Positions 25,101 through 47,211 of a stretch of DNA of 64,000 nt are shown here, piece by piece. Every line of letters begins with the position of its first letter. Positions within the stretch are counted from its first letter, which is position 1. This DNA is from Nitrospirales bacterium. Its GTDB lineage: Bacteria > Nitrospirota > Nitrospiria > Nitrospirales > UBA8639. Made by a program: the position numbers and the translations under genes. Below the pieces are notes generated by a model that was not told the DNA's origin, made no database searches, and was given only the letters and a program-made list of their open reading frames with translations. The stretch is taken from contig CBDBCZ010000017.1 of the NCBI GenBank assembly GCA_965203295.1, positions 2,272,001 through 2,336,000 of the forward strand, read 5' to 3'.

Positions 25101-26071
25101 CCACGCTAGAATTTTTCCATCTGAAAGCAAGGATCTCTCCTGGCAGGCTGCTGGTGAATCACAGCTACACTAAATTGACACAGTATCCAGGACCATAGTC
25201 AGCTGATATGTGATACTTAGTCTACAATGAAAATGGCACTTCCCAAACAATTGAGTGCAACCTTGAGAATGGAATGTAGTGCATATGGGTGCACTCATTC
25301 CCTGGTTCAACTCCGCTGTTTTTATTCACATACATGTAGTAAAACAGCACCTTTTGGCATTCTGTAAGCCACAGCAGCTGGGGTGGAGGCCAGGAACGAA
25401 GCTACGTAGGAATGTCCTTTTTTTTAGTAGACAGTATCAAAATAGTGCAGGTATTTCTTCTTACATTAAGGGGAGAAAAGAGTGTAGGGATACACCGTCA
25501 AGGGGTTACTTTTTAGAGAGTGTAATCTTCTTCTAAACCCCTTCCCAATTACCTGCCTGCAATAGCCAAATACTACATGTAATAGTAAGTCCTGTGTACC
25601 ATTCCCAGACCAGTAGTTCTTATATCTCGTGTGCCCAGACCTACTAATTATAATCACAAGTGCTACGGATACAAACCTGCTGTCTATGACCTTCATCCAC
25701 ATGTAGTTGTGATTAGCAATCTGCCACATTTGAATATATTTATTGCTGTATAATTAACCTATAGAAGAACTCAGTTTTAGAGTGACTGTTGTATGCAATG
25801 CAGAAGATGTATCAAAAGCAATTAGAGGAAATGAAGATACAACTGGAGCATGACAAGGACGTTTCTCTGGAGGAAGAAAAGAGAAATACAGCTACTGTGA
25901 TGGAGGAGCTGGAACAAGTAAAACAGGTACAACACAGCTCGTAGTACGTGCAGACAAACACCGGCCTGCACTACTGCATATTAACCTGGAGTGCATGACC
26001 TCTCCCAATATCATTATACAAGGCAAGAACGTTCGTAAAGTAAGTAGTTTAGACTGTACATAGTTATGTAT

Positions 26072-34202
<8,131 letters not shown>

Positions 34203-35049
34203 TCAAGCACATTAAAGGGCCATTATCGCGCAAGAAAGGGCTACTCTCCACATCAAAGCGACACACCCCTCCTGCTGATTCCAGTTGCCACCATGGGAAG
34301 ATTTATACTTATTAATTAGCACCACATGAATGACTTCATCTCAATAGTTATTCATGAGAAGAATCACACAGATTCAAATGTCAGTGCGGTACTACTTTAA
34401 ACCTCAAGATTTTAATTTTGTTCACTGGACAGACAGACGACAAATAAACAGAAATTGCTTAGTCCCACCCATACAAGTGGGACAAGTCTGACATTTCATG
34501 CCTAAAAAACCAGCTGGACGCCTTTCCCATACAATACACACAACTCAGCTTAGGCCAAGCTATTAAACTCTACAGCCATAGAGCCGGAGATACTATATTC
34601 TTAGAGCGGTACAGCGAAAGTGCTGACTCAGCAGTTTCGTCACGCGCCTCCAGTTAGTAGCTATATGCCAAGAAACCAGAATCTTTACGGCTGCCTACCA
34701 AGTTTTCGCCATCTAGGCAACACAAACTACCTTCATTTGCTGTAGCTTGGCCTGCAAACCTCCAAAAGCTGCTATACACCGCAGTTGCATAGTAACGTAT
34801 GACGTAATATATTGCGCACGTGGTAAGTGCGGACGCACAAACAGACAGACAAACAAACAGACGCGAAAAACGTAAAGCAATCTTAGTACACGTCAACCTT
34901 TTGTCATCAAGCTGGTTTGAGCACTTAGGGGTGCTGTTGAGTGTCACCCTCTCTATAATCAGACAGTGGATTTTGTCTTTTTTTCAGTGTAGAGTTCCCA
35001 ATACACTTTCCTACACAGTATTCGGATATCATTGGTAAGTACAGGTATA

Positions 35050-35634
35050 CCGTAAAATCTGATAAATAACCGCCCCCTTAAAGGTAACCGCCCCTCTAGT
35101 ATAACCGATCAATTTACTGCAATAACACTTTACTCGTGTGTAAAACCTCCTATGTAAACATAACCGCCCATAATTTTCACGTGCAGCCCAGGCAGGAAAT
35201 TGAATCTGTAAAATTAATAGCGTTGCATGTGTGAATGTCTATAGCAAGCAGAGCATGCAGCTAATAGAACACGACCGTACAGAATAGCGACGAGAATCAG
35301 ACTGTGAAAACCAAGAAGTCGGCGTTAGTTGTAGCGAGAAACCCTAGCTACGGTTAGTGGAGGGTTCTGGGAACGAGGCTAAGCTACGGTAGCTAAGGTA
35401 AGCGCTATGGAGCTCGTTCAGATTGGCTGCCTGAAGGCTTCCTGCCTCAAGGGACACCACATCTACCGGGCTGTTCTCAACGTAGGGGATGTTTCTGTAA
35501 ATCTGCCACGCTATTAACAGTTGTCGTGCAAAAATAACCGATCTGTGATTATACCCGCCCATGTAAAAGTAACCGCCCATTGAGGCTGCTAATTCTAATT
35601 ATAACCGCCCCCGGTTATTTATCAGAGTTTACGG
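35050..35634. mobile_element. TA-flanked MITE (Tc1/mariner-pogo type ends)
   Basis: TA|ccgtaaaatctgataaataacc ... ggttatttatcagagtttacgg|TA, with internal repeated taaccgccc motifs. Confidence 0.88.
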
Positions 35635-38007
35635 TATATATTTAGCAGAACAACAGTGCAAGTCTGATAATTATACGTTGCATGGCTCTCGAGATAGAGA
35701 TAGAGCTGTTCATCTTGATTTCTTCATACTGCTGAAGCTTTCAGTGGATGAAATCAGGAAAAATTGGTCTAAGCTATCTCAGGAATGACATGACGTATAA
35801 ACATCAGACTGGGACCGTTGTGTTGCTAAGTATCTGTACGTAGATTCCCAACGATATTCGAATCCTAGCTTTGGAGAGTGTTTTGGGGACTGTACACAGA
35901 AAAAGACAAAATTCACTGTCCAATTATATAGAGAGGGTGGCATGGCTCTACAGTTCAGCAGCACCCCTCAGTGCTCAAAGCAGCTACAGTGGTGAAAGGT
36001 TGGCTTGCAGCAGCATGGTTATGGGGCTTCCATTAATACTGAAAGTTACTTCAGGGAGGAAACGCGGAACACAGTTTGACATTTGTCTCCTGGTCATAGC
36101 TGCTTCTGAATTTTAACTTTGGAAGGCTATAGCTCCAGAACCAAGCAACGGAGGAACGCCAAACTTTCAAACCGAGGTGTGAAGGGGCTGCAGTATAAAT
36201 TGAAAACCCATTCACTTCTGGTAATTTATGCAGTCAGCACTAGCACGTCCAAAAATGCCTAGTGTCCGATCGAACAAATTATGAAGGTACTGCATTCAGC
36301 ATTGCTGAACTGTGCATGCCCGCTCACCCATTAGTGGCCTACATGACCACTCACACTACCTTCTTATGGCCCTGAGTAACGTAACATCTTTTTGGAGGCC
36401 ATCCTAGAAATTTAGTCTCGTCTTTCACCTACTAATAGATCAATAACTTAAGGTGGCCGACCAGAAATCTTATAATTTATCAAGTTGCATACAAACTGTT
36501 GCAACTTACAAGACCTGCCATTTATTTCATTAACTAATATGTCCAAAAACTACATCTGCTATACTTGTCCTACTACTTTGGAGCGCCAGGAGCCCATGGA
36601 CATCCCAACAGGACACTAGCAGGACTCTCAGGTGCCACACGTAATCATACTCAATGGCCTGACCTTCTGCTGTTCATTGTGTACATAGATCACCATTATA
36701 AACAAGCATGCTATACATACCTGCCTACTTTAAAGGTCCATAGTCATACTGGAAATTACCCAGTTCAGGATTTCCAAACCGAACAAACTTTTAGCTGCTT
36801 ATCACTCGGGGGATTGAATCCTCTGATATGCCAGAGCCTATTCAAACCAGAGCAGTGTGTGCAAATGTATACAGAAGTGAAGTGCTCAAAGAAAATATAC
36901 ATGTATACAGTCACTTTTATTAACACTTACTTTGGATTAAGCTTAGGAACAGTTCTATAATCGAAAGTTGCCTCTGAACTGCCTGCTCCAGATTCCCCCT
37001 TGCTCTGTTCCCCGCTGTTTTCATTTCCTGACAAGTGCACACACGTTCCTCTGGGCCTGTCTCCTCCATCACTACCACCTTCCTGTATTGTGTATGTGAG
37101 TGGCACAATAACTGCGATGTGTTGTGGTATGCAAAACACTTTTGCCACCACCTCAAAAATTTGAATGGGTGATTCCTAGATAAACCGTACGTAGCCTTGT
37201 TCTCAGGCTCTATATACTAGTAAACGTTCCCAGGCTGTACTCCCCAGCTCTTTGTGTGAGGTGCAAGAAAAGCTGGGAACAAAGCTAGATGAATCATATA
37301 CCCCACACACTGCCCCTTATTTATTGGAAAATAACACTGACTACAGAATAGCAGCCTCTTATACATGTTTAGCCCTCACACCCAGCACTTCAAGAAAAAA
37401 TAGCAAAGATTCTAATCACTATTTTTTGCCTAAAGTTAATTACACCTAATTACACCTACTCCCCTCCTTAAGTGTTTATAGTTGTTGGCTGGCTAATCAG
37501 CTGTTGGTTTTTGTTGTGTGTGTTTAGCCATCTACGTGTAATCACTGTTCTCCACACAATCTAAACAAGTGACTATCAGTCATAACCTCAGAATTGAAGC
37601 CTTTAAAATGTTGAGAGACATGACTAGCCTACTGCTTAGCCTGCAGAGTGGAGCTGGAAATGAGGCTAGAGCACAGTTGGGGGACTAGCAATATAGGCCT
37701 CTAAACTTGCACAGCTAGGCTAACCTATAACTTTGTACTGTCATTCTTGAAATGCTGTACTGATTAGCACTGCTCCCACAACTCTGGAAGGCAAAAGATT
37801 CCTAAATTCAAGACTGACATAGAGAACTAACTAATGCTATGAAAGATAAATGTATTTGAGCCTACTTTACTGACAAAGGACAGACTGCTGCATTGATCAA
37901 GACTGACAACAAGAACTAACTAATCATATTGAAGAAACTTTACTGACAGAGGACAGAATGCTTACTGTCGTAAGCATTTTAGTTCTCATGCAGCTACAAA
38001 ATACAGC

Positions 38008-38489
38008 TCACCAGTCCTGACCTTCCACCAGCAATAGTAGCCTGTTGTCATAGTTGTAGGAGTTGCCTTGTTCTGAAACACTTGCAAGAGTTGTTAGCTG
38101 ATTCTCCTCAGAGTTGTCTTGTTCTGGAACACTAGGTACTTTAGCTGTTGATTCCAATTCGTCCTCCGACTTTAGCGGCTGCTGTGTTCCAGTTACCGGT
38201 ATTTGTCGGTCCTCTTGTGGGGCAAAACTTGAGTTTTGGCCTTCCTTGCTTTCACATACAGACTCATTTTGATTTTGAACTGTAGCAAAGTGTTCACTTG
38301 GCAACAAGTTACTGAATCCTACAGCTGGTGTTGCTTGAAAATTTTCATCGTTTACTCTGTCTCCAGATTGTGGGCTCTCTATATTTGGGGAGCTGGATTT
38401 TCACTCTGTGTGAAACACTTAATTCATCGGGATGAGAGCAATTAAATTCTGTTAGGCAACTGTTCCTCTTTTCCACGTTTACCCCCCAC
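38008..38489 (-). pseudogene. Low-complexity host exon remnant, apparently continuous with 61187-61395 across the MULE insertion
   Basis: Joining the two flanks on the minus strand reads ...SAQDEQKIVGGGKRGKEEQLPN. The upstream part begins MSEKWECAHC (zinc-ribbon-like). Stops and frameshifts are present. Confidence 0.4.
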
Positions 38490-38711
38490 GAGAGTCTGAA
38501 TTCAGTAGACTGGACTGGACTGGACTGGACTGGACTGGACTGGACTGGACTACTGGAATGGAATACTGGAATGGAATGGACTCATAACTGTTTTGTATGA
38601 AAGTCAATGTTTTTAATGCAATCACAGCCACTGCAGTACACAAATGCCTCTCATGGAGAACAGAACAGCCACTGTATGGAGAACAGTATACAAATGCCTC
38701 TCATGGAGAAC

Positions 38712-38788
38712 AGGATATAAAAACCACTGCATGGAAAACGGATATAAAAACCACTGCATGGAAAACGGATATAAAAACCACTGCATGG
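38712..38788. repeat. 27-bp tandem repeat, ~3 copies
   Basis: ggatataaaaaccactgcatggaaaac repeated. Confidence 0.9.
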
Positions 38789-38891
38789 GGAATGAGATAC
38801 AAAAGGTTCAACGTTTTATTGACCATGCATGATGTTGACATACAATTTTCTATCAGAATGGTGAGGAAAGAGATGATGTAACTATAAGTAG

Positions 38892-41410
38892 TCACATCCT
38901 TCCCATGTGTTGAGCTAAGTACTCAGTATGGACTGGCAAAAGCTGCATACTTGTCTCAGTGGGGACAGTCAACATTTCTGCCTTAAAATAGGGGCAACGG
39001 GCCTGGATACAAGGTATGTTGCAATGATAGTACACATTGTCAAATCACATTTGTAACACTGCTGAACCACTTGGTACAAATTCTTGCCATTCTTTGTGTC
39101 TAACACAAAGGTCCATAGGGGGAACTGCAGGTTTAGTGTACCGTTGCCTACATCCTCGACAGACTCGGACGTTTCCAGCAATGAATGTGAGGGTAAATGG
39201 ACTGTCATTCACAGCAGGTGAACACGGCACCAATGCAGGAGGGAGAGACGGAATACGGATGTGTGGTAGCACAGGGGGAAGACTGGTATATGACGGCGAG
39301 CAGTTTTGAGCTGAAGGGGAGGTGACTTTGGACTGTGTAGGAAGAAAGGATGAGGTCACAACAGTTGCATACGCTGACGCTATTGGGACCAGTGGCGGTG
39401 GGGACAAGTTACATGCACTGCTGCGAGGAGGAATACTACTGGTTTCAGTAGATACTGTTGCTGCTTCAGTACTTGGAACAGAAAATCGATCAGAAAATAC
39501 AACTCTTGAGGTAGCATCACTCTTCTTTCTACGACGAGCTGGTTTTCCTCCTTTGCGTCCACATCCAGCTGGCATTTGTGATGTAACTAGTTTTGTGAGA
39601 TTTGGACACTGCTTGGCTTGACAGAACCACTCAATAAACTTCTGAAGTTGTCCGTTGTACTGGGCTGTTGCAACGGCATGAGAACAAATACCTAATGACT
39701 TGAAGTTTCCACAGACAGTATCGCATGCATACTGGCCACCTTTCTTAGCCAGCACCAAGTGTGGACGACTACCAGTGTAACTTTTTACCATGCACGACCG
39801 GTTGGTACTTACAGGAGCTGCGCAAATAGCATTTTTCTCTGACAACAAGTTTTCTTCCATATTGCTTCAAGGACAGGTGCGGGGGTAAGTACTTGGCCAG
39901 AAAATTCCTCTACTTTCACTGGGAGTATCACTTCATCCGGATGTTCAGCAAGTAGTTGTCGACTACAACACGGTAGGTCAGCTGGTGTGCAAGGACGCTT
40001 GGCAGTAGGGGTAGGCTCAACTGCAGTTTCTTTCCGTTTAACTCCTTGAGAAATTGCCACTTGGATCTTTGCCAACTTCTCCAAATGCTTTCGTCGCTGT
40101 AAAACGGTCATCTCCAGAAGCCATTTTTCTTCTGTTTTTTTCAAATGATTGGAACTCGGGGAGTAGCCTGTATTTACCACGGTTGATAACTGCCCTCTCA
40201 ATTTCTCTTTCTTGCTCATTAATGACTTCCTTCAGCTTTTCTAGAAACTCTGGCAGCTCGCTCTTTTTGTAGTACACTTTATTCTTCAAAACTGCATTCA
40301 TGCTTTCGCTTGCGTTAGTACTGAAAAGTTCTGGTGGATCACCAAATCCTGCTTCCTTGCGAGTTGATTGCAGCATGGTAGTCTGGATGATTGTGCTTTT
40401 ATATTGTGAATACCACTGCACAAAGTCATGTACAGGCCCGCTTTTGGAAGCATCTAGGCTTTCCCACTTCTTTGATAGCTTGGCAAAACCTTCACTGTAT
40501 TGTGCTTTTTCTCGAGCATCAACTAGGCCTTCGATATAGTGAGTACCAACTTGCTTTCCAAAGAGATCCGCAACGATGACCCTCTGGCTGATGCCCAATT
40601 CTTGTACCTTTGCAAGGATGTTACGACGCATGTGGATCCAACAGGTAAGGTGAATGCTCGAGGGAAACGCACGTTGAAATGCCTCAAACAAAGCCTCTTC
40701 CCCGTCTGTACCAAAACACCTCAAATTTTTTAGCTGTGGTCGAAGCCCTACAGAGTCGAAGCAAAGAACAGGTAAGTAGCAAATGACTTCTTGTAATGGA
40801 CCATGACTGGGCCAATGAAAACTGGAGGATTGTCACTACGTCTGCTCTGGAGAAGTAGGTGATGGTACGACACTACAGTCACATTGAAAGCACCCAAAGA
40901 AAAAGTAGGATCGACAGAAAGGATGCCAAACTTATCCTTTTCGGTACAGAATCGCACCAAATTATCCAACTGTCGGTCAAGACCCACGACTATTGCTGGT
41001 TCACGAAGTGTTTTCATGGCTCTCACAAACTGCTTTGAGGTATCTTCCATAAAAGCTCTCTGCATCACTACGGAGAGTCCATCATCTGCCATGATCTGCA
41101 TTTGACCACCAAGGGAACGTGATTTGTACTTCAATCTCCGTTTTACCTGAGAGACTTGCTGTTCATCTCGTGGAAGTTCGCAGGCATCAGATGCAGATAA
41201 CACCCCACCAACTTTCATGGAAATTTTAGCTAGAACATTCTTTGGGCCACTACTCCCACACTCTTCCTTGATCATTTCCATTGTGCTTGGCAAAGTTGGA
41301 AAAAATGGTTTGGGACGGGTGCTATTTCCATGTGGCAACGGCTTGGGCTCAAATCCCTCAGGTATATAATAAACTGCTAGGCAGTATTGATGTGGATGGT
41401 TGTTAGCAGC
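38892..41410 (-). pseudogene. MULE DDE transposase with SWIM finger and C-terminal Cys/His finger, frameshifted
   Basis: ORFs 40748-41338, 40038-40724, 39809-40219 and 39045-39860 join by frameshifts. Motifs are LSVDPTF (D), FGTDGEEAL (D), HLTCWIH (CxxH), STNASESMN (E), YACDTVCGNFKSLGICSH (SWIM) and CRGC...YYHCNIPC. Confidence 0.9.
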
Positions 41411-41681
41411 TAAAGTTGTGAAGGAGTAGGATAAATGTAAGTGTAATATAGAAGCTACACTCTATACATATATTACACATTACAACAATTGGATGAAGGG
41501 CGGAGTATAGAGGCGTTTATACTACTATCTCGTTTTTATTGAGATATACCATGGCTAATTAGAGTAAACATGAGAGTTTTGTCCATAATTACAAAGATAC
41601 ATGTACATGTTTGTTAAAATGATAGTAACTGAAAATAAAAACTGTTAGCGTGCATAATATGAAGGGCTGGTACACGTTATG

Positions 41682-44600
41682 TTACTTACGAGCACTTCTT
41701 AGCCTCTTGCACGCTTGGCCCACGCTGTCGACACAACTTTTCCACACGGATTCAAACTCATGTTTAGATCTCCAATACTGCGGAAACTGACGGAAAAGAA
41801 CTGTCTTGAGTGTGTTGACCTCGGATATCGGAAGTCCAGGAAACGTCCGCTCACCGATCACTGTGCAGCGCTTCTGAACGTTCTCGCCGAAAATTGCTTC
41901 CTTAGCCAACTTGACAGCAAGAGTTCCAACCTTAGATTCGCATCGAAGTTTGGGGTACCTGGACAGCACACTGGAGATGGAAGATAATTTTGACTTCACT
42001 ATTTTAGATGAGTCGAGCACGTTCGTGTTCACGTTTTGGAATGGTAATGGTGATGGCTTGCAGTCACCAGAAGACTCGGTAGATGGGTGTTCCATTTGTG
42101 CAGCAGAGGCGTGGTGTGTGGATGGTGGAAGCGGAGTCGAGGAGGGCTGTCCAAAGGCGCTGGTTGCTGGCTGAGAGGATGAAAAGCGGTGGTGGCGTGA
42201 AGGGGTGGCAGATGAAATTGGGTCCCAACTGTATGGACTATAGTTGTCTTCTGCGTGCGGACAACTCTCCCAATCTTCTTCATCCAATCGTGGCAGTTGG
42301 CGGTAAGGTTCTTCACTATGCTGACACTGCCACTGGGGTGTGCACTGGACAAGCCTTTCAAGAGCAGACAGTCGGTTCGGAATCTGATACTGCGCTGAGA
42401 GGAAAGACTTCTGACTGGATTGCATCATCTGGTAGTTACGGACTATGAGCGACTGGCGTTCTGCGACATCCTTCAATTTTTGAGCAAGTTCAGCTACCTC
42501 CACTTCAAGTGTCAGTGGATCGGAGTCAAGAGACATGTCCTTCGCGGGTGAAGGAGTTGCAGAGGGAGGGAATCTTCTATCAAATGAAGCAGGACTACGA
42601 ATTGACCCGGAGCTAGAGTCGTCCTGGATGGATATGGCAGGAGTGTTGTCCTGGATGGACGTGGTAGGCAGGACCAGGGTAGGCTCGTCATCAATGTGTA
42701 TGGTGGACAGGGCAGTGAAAGCTGGTGGTGGTGTAACGTCAGACTCGGATGCGGCTGGTGGTGTAGCGTCAGACTTGCTGGATGCGGCTGGTGGTGTAGC
42801 GTCAGACTCGGATGCGGCTGGTGGTGTAGCGTCAGACTTGCTGGATGCGGCTGGTGGTGTAGCGTCAGACTCAGATGCGGCTGGTGGTGTAGCGTCAGAC
42901 TTGCTGGATGCGGCTGGTGGTGTAGCGTCAGACTCGGATGTGGCTGGTGGTGTAGCGTCAGACTCAGATGCGGCTGGTGGTGTAGCGTCAGACTCGGATG
43001 TGGCTGGTGGTGTAGCGTCAGACTCGGATGCGGCTGGTGGTGTAGCGTCAGACTCGGATGTGGCTGGTGGTGAAGCGTCAGACTCGGATGTGGCTGGTGG
43101 TGTAGCGTCAGACTCGGATGCGGCTGGTGGTGTAGCGTCAGACTCGGATGCGGCTGGTGGTGTAGCGTCAGACTCGGATGCGGCTGGTGGTGTAGCGTCA
43201 GACTTGCTGGATGCGGCTGGTGGTGTAGCGTCAGACTCGGATTCGGCTGGTGGTGTAGCGTCAGACTCGGATGCGGCTGGTGGTGTAGCGTCAGACTCGG
43301 ATTCGGCTGGTGGTGTAGCGTCAGACTCGGATGTGGCTGGTGGTGTAGCGTCAGACTCGGATGTGGCTGGTGGTGTAGCGTCAGACTCGGATGCGGCTGG
43401 TGGTGTAGCGTCAGACTCGGATGCGGCTGGTGGTGTAGCGTCAGACTCGGATGCGGCTGGTGGTGTAGCGTCAGACTCGGATGCGGCTGGTGGTGTAGCG
43501 TCAGACTTGCTGGATGCGGCTGGTGGTGTAGCGTCAGACTCGGATGTGGCTGGTGGCGTAGCGTCAGACTCGGATGTGGCTGGTGGTGTAGCGTCAGACT
43601 CGGATGTGGCTGGTGGTGTAGCGTCAGACTCGGATGTGGCTGGTGGTGTAGCGTCAGACTTGCTGGATGCGGCTGGTAGTGTAGTGTCAGACTCGGATGC
43701 GGCTGGTGGTGTAGCGTCAGACTCGGATGCGGCTGGTGGTGTAGCGTCAGACTTGCTGGATGCGGCTGGTGATGTAGCGTCAGACTCGGATGTGGCTGGT
43801 GGCGTAGCGTCAGACTCGGATGTGGCTGGTGGTGTAGCGTCAGATTTGCTGGATGCGGCTGGTGGTGTAGCGTCAGACTCGGATGCGGCTGGTGGTGTAG
43901 CGTCAGACTTGCTGGATGCGGCTGGTGGTGTAGCGTCAGACACAGATGCGGCTGGTGGTGTAGCGTCAGACTCGGATGCGGCTGGTGGTGTAGCGTCAGA
44001 CTTGCTGGATGCGGCTGGTGGTGTAGCGTCAGACTCGGATGCGGCTGGTGGTGTAGCGTCAGACTCGGATGCGGCTGGTGGTGTAGCGTCAGATTCGGAT
44101 GCGGCTGGTGGTGTAGCGTCAGACTCGGATGCGGCTGGTGGTGTAGCGTCAGACTTGCTGGATGCGGCTGGTGGTGTAGCGTCAGACTCGGATGCGGCTG
44201 GTGGTGTAGCGTCAGACTCGGATGCGGCTGGTGGTGTAGCGTCAGACTCGGATGCGGCTGGTGGTGTAGCGTCAGACTCGGATGCGGCTGGTGGTGTAGC
44301 GTCAGACTCGGATGCGGCTGGTGGTGTAGCGTCAGACTCGGATGCGGCTGGTGGTGTAGCGTCAGACTCGGATGCGGCTGGTGGTGTAGCGTCAGACTCA
44401 GATGCGGCTGGTGGTGTAGCGTCAGACTCGGATGCGGCTGGTGGTGTACCGTCAGACTTGCTGGATGCGGCTGGTGGTGTAGCGTCAGACTCGGATGTGG
44501 CTGGTGGCGTAGCGTCAGACTCGGATGTGGCTGGTGGTGTAGCGTCAGACTCGGATGTGGCTGGTGGTGTAGCGTCAGACTCGGATGTGGCTGGTGGTGT

Positions 44601-46970
44601 AGCGTCAGACTTGCTGGATGCGGCTGGTGGTGTAGTGTCAGACTCGGATGCGGCTGGTGGTGTAGCGTCACACTTGCTGGATGCGGCTGGTGGTGTAGCG
44701 TCAGACTCGGATGTGGCTGGTGGTGTAGCGTCGGACTCGGATGCGGCTGGTGGTATAGCGTCAGACTCGGATGCGGTTGGTGGTGTAGCGTCAGACTTGC
44801 TGGATGCGGCTGGTGGTGTAGCGTCAGACTCGGATGTGGCTGGTGGTGTAGTGTCAGACTCGGATGCGGCTGGTGGTGTAGCGTCAGACTTGCTGGATGC
44901 GGCTGGTGGTGTAGCGTCAGACACAGATGCGGCTGGTGGTGTAGCGTCAGACTCGGATACGGCTGGTGGTGTAGCGTCAGACTTGCTGGATGCGGCTGGT
45001 GGTGTAGCGTCAGACTCGGATGCGGCTGGTGATGTAGCGTCAGACTTGCTGGATGCGGCTGGTGGTGTAGCGTCAGACTCAGATGTGGCTGGTGGTGTAG
45101 CGTCAGACTCAGATGCGGCTGGTGGTGTAGCGTCAGACTCGGATGCGACTGGTGGTGTAGCGTCAGACTTGGATGCGGCTGGTGGTGTAGCGTCAGACTC
45201 GGATGTGGCTGGTGGTGAAGCGTCAGACTCGGATGCGGCTGGTGGTGTAGCGTCAGACTCGGATGCGGCTGGTGGTGTAGCGTCAGACTCGGATGCGGCT
45301 GGTGGTGTAGCGTCAGACTCGGATGCGGCTGGTGGTGTAGCGTCAGACTTGCTGGATGCGGCTGGTGGTGTAGCGTCAGACTCGGATGCGGCTGGTGGTG
45401 TAGCGTCAGACTCGGATGCGGCTGGTGGTGTAGCGTCAGACTCGGATGCGGCTGGTGGTGTAGCGTCAGACTCGGATTCGGCTGGTGGTGTAGCGTCAGA
45501 CTCGGATGTGGCTGGTGGTGTAGCGTCAGACTCGGATGCGGCTGGTGGTGTAGCGTCAGACTCGGATGCGGCTGGTGGTGTAGCGTCAGACTCGGATGCG
45601 GCTGGTGGTGTAGCGACAGACTCGGATGCGGCTGGTGGTGTAGCGTCAGACTCGGATGCGGCTGGTGGTGTAGCGTCAGACTCGGATGCGGCTGGTGGTG
45701 TAGCGTCAGACTTGCTGGATGCGGCTGGTGGTGTAGCGTCAGACTCGGATGTGGCTGGTGGCGTAGCGTCAGACTCGGATGTGGCTGGTGGTGTAGCGTC
45801 AGACTCGGATGTGGCTGGTGGTGTAGCGTCAGACTCGGATGTGGCTGGTGGTGTAGCGTCAGACTCGGATGTGGCTGGTGGCGTAGCGTCAGACTCGGAT
45901 GTGGCTGGTGGTGTAGCATCAGACTCAGATGCGGCTGGTGGTGTAGCGTCAGACTCGGATGTGGCTGGGGTAGTATCAAGCCCATCAACACATATAATCG
46001 TTCCACTGGGCTTCTCGGCTACAGAAATTAATGTAGATACAAGATAGTAAACAATGCTGATACATGTAGGTCCTTTGCAAATGCAGTGAGACATATGGTT
46101 AAAGGTCATCTAGACAGGAAGTGTTGCAGTAGTGTACTTTTATTAGCCACTTATTAATAATCAATAAGCATGGAAGCTTTGAAGTTCTTGGTTAGACACC
46201 ATCCCTGTGTACATAACACCTTTAACACCGGCTTAAAAATCCATTTGCAGTACAGTAGTGTTGGCATAATACATGTACTTGCCTTTGGAACTTTTCTTCT
46301 TCTCTGCAGTCTTTGAAACTGTCTGTTTTCCTCTACTTCGCTTCCCAGGCTTTGAGCCTGGTTCATTCTCCTTCCCCCTAGGTCTTTTTCCAGCTTTTGT
46401 TTATGGGCCTGAGATGAGGAGAGTAGCATAAAGTACACATGCACATTTGTTTTCATACAAACTGGTGTGTACCTGCTGTGGTGTTCACAGGGTCCGCCTT
46501 GTTTGTTGAGTCCTCAAGAGTAGCTGTCTCACCAAAAGGCAACCACTGTCCTCCTTCAAACTTTCTTTCGTAGTCTTTCATCTCACTCTCAGTACCTGTA
46601 ATATGTAATGATAGATATAAACATATGAAGTAGTCAAGAGTAAGTAACAGTGCCATTAGCCAAGAGTCAGCAACATATAAGTTAGCTACACGTACATCCG
46701 CATTGTATGCATGCTACTAACCTAGTTGTAGGCTCAATTTCCCAGCTTTTATGGCATAGTAGAAGCTAGTCAGGCGCTAGCTCGTGAAAGAACTAGGCTG
46801 CCTGCTTCTCATGCTAAGATCAGGCCATGCAAGCGAGCAAGCTCAGCCTATATTAAATACAGGCCGCTCGCATGTGCAAGCTAGGGCCAGACATCTTAGT
46901 TAAAAGCTACACAGTATTAAAACTTACTGCGCTTCTCTTGAAGCTGTTTCAGCTGTTGTCTCAGTGACAT
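41682..46970 (-). CDS. Spliced BEN-like domain protein with large S/D/A/T/P repeat tract (cargo of a truncated Tc1-like element)
   Basis: Exon 1 MSLRQQLKQLQEKR (46970-46928), then small exons (GTESEMKDYERKF...). The last exon, 46018-41682, is open through the repeat and a coiled coil. It ends GTLAVKLAKEAIFG..CTVIG..LP..EVNTLK..FESVWKSCVDSVGQACKRLR, a BEN-like pattern. Confidence 0.75.
42720..45968 (-). repeat. Coding minisatellite of 30/33-bp units (ASESDATPPA / ASSKSDATPPA), roughly 105 copies
   Basis: Plus-strand unit gcgtcagactcggatgcggctggtggtgta, with a 33-bp variant (gacttgctggat). The frame is preserved throughout. Confidence 0.98.
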
Positions 46971-47164
46971 TGCGCAATTGTAGCTTCTCGAGAGAATGGC
47001 ACACAGTCTGCTTTTCCAATCGTTTGACAACTTTTGACACGTCAACGTGTAAACGCTCCGTACTACGCTCCGTACCGTTTTAATTTTATCGTTCTACGTT
47101 CCGGTCCGTTTCGGTTTCTTAGCGTTGCGCGCAACACGGAACGCAAACGCTCACACCGTAGAAC

Positions 47165-47211
47165 GACTGTACTACGAAGACGGAACGTAAACTTTTTATT
47201 GACCGCTACTG
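47165..47211. mobile_element. Orphan right TIR of a Tc1-like element carrying the 41682-46970 gene
   Basis: The reverse complement TA|cagtagcggtcaataaaaagtttacgttccgtcttcgtagtac resembles the TIR at 48454/57870. It has the same position relative to the BEN-like gene. No partner TIR was found. Confidence 0.75.

Noticed and set aside
42535..46047. 1170-aa plus-strand ORF (AAGGVASDSD repeats) and 1164-aa His-rich minus-strand ORF (42512-46006)
   Set aside because: These are shadow frames of a stop-free 30/33-bp repeat. Only the 41682 frame continues into a conserved domain that has a paralog.
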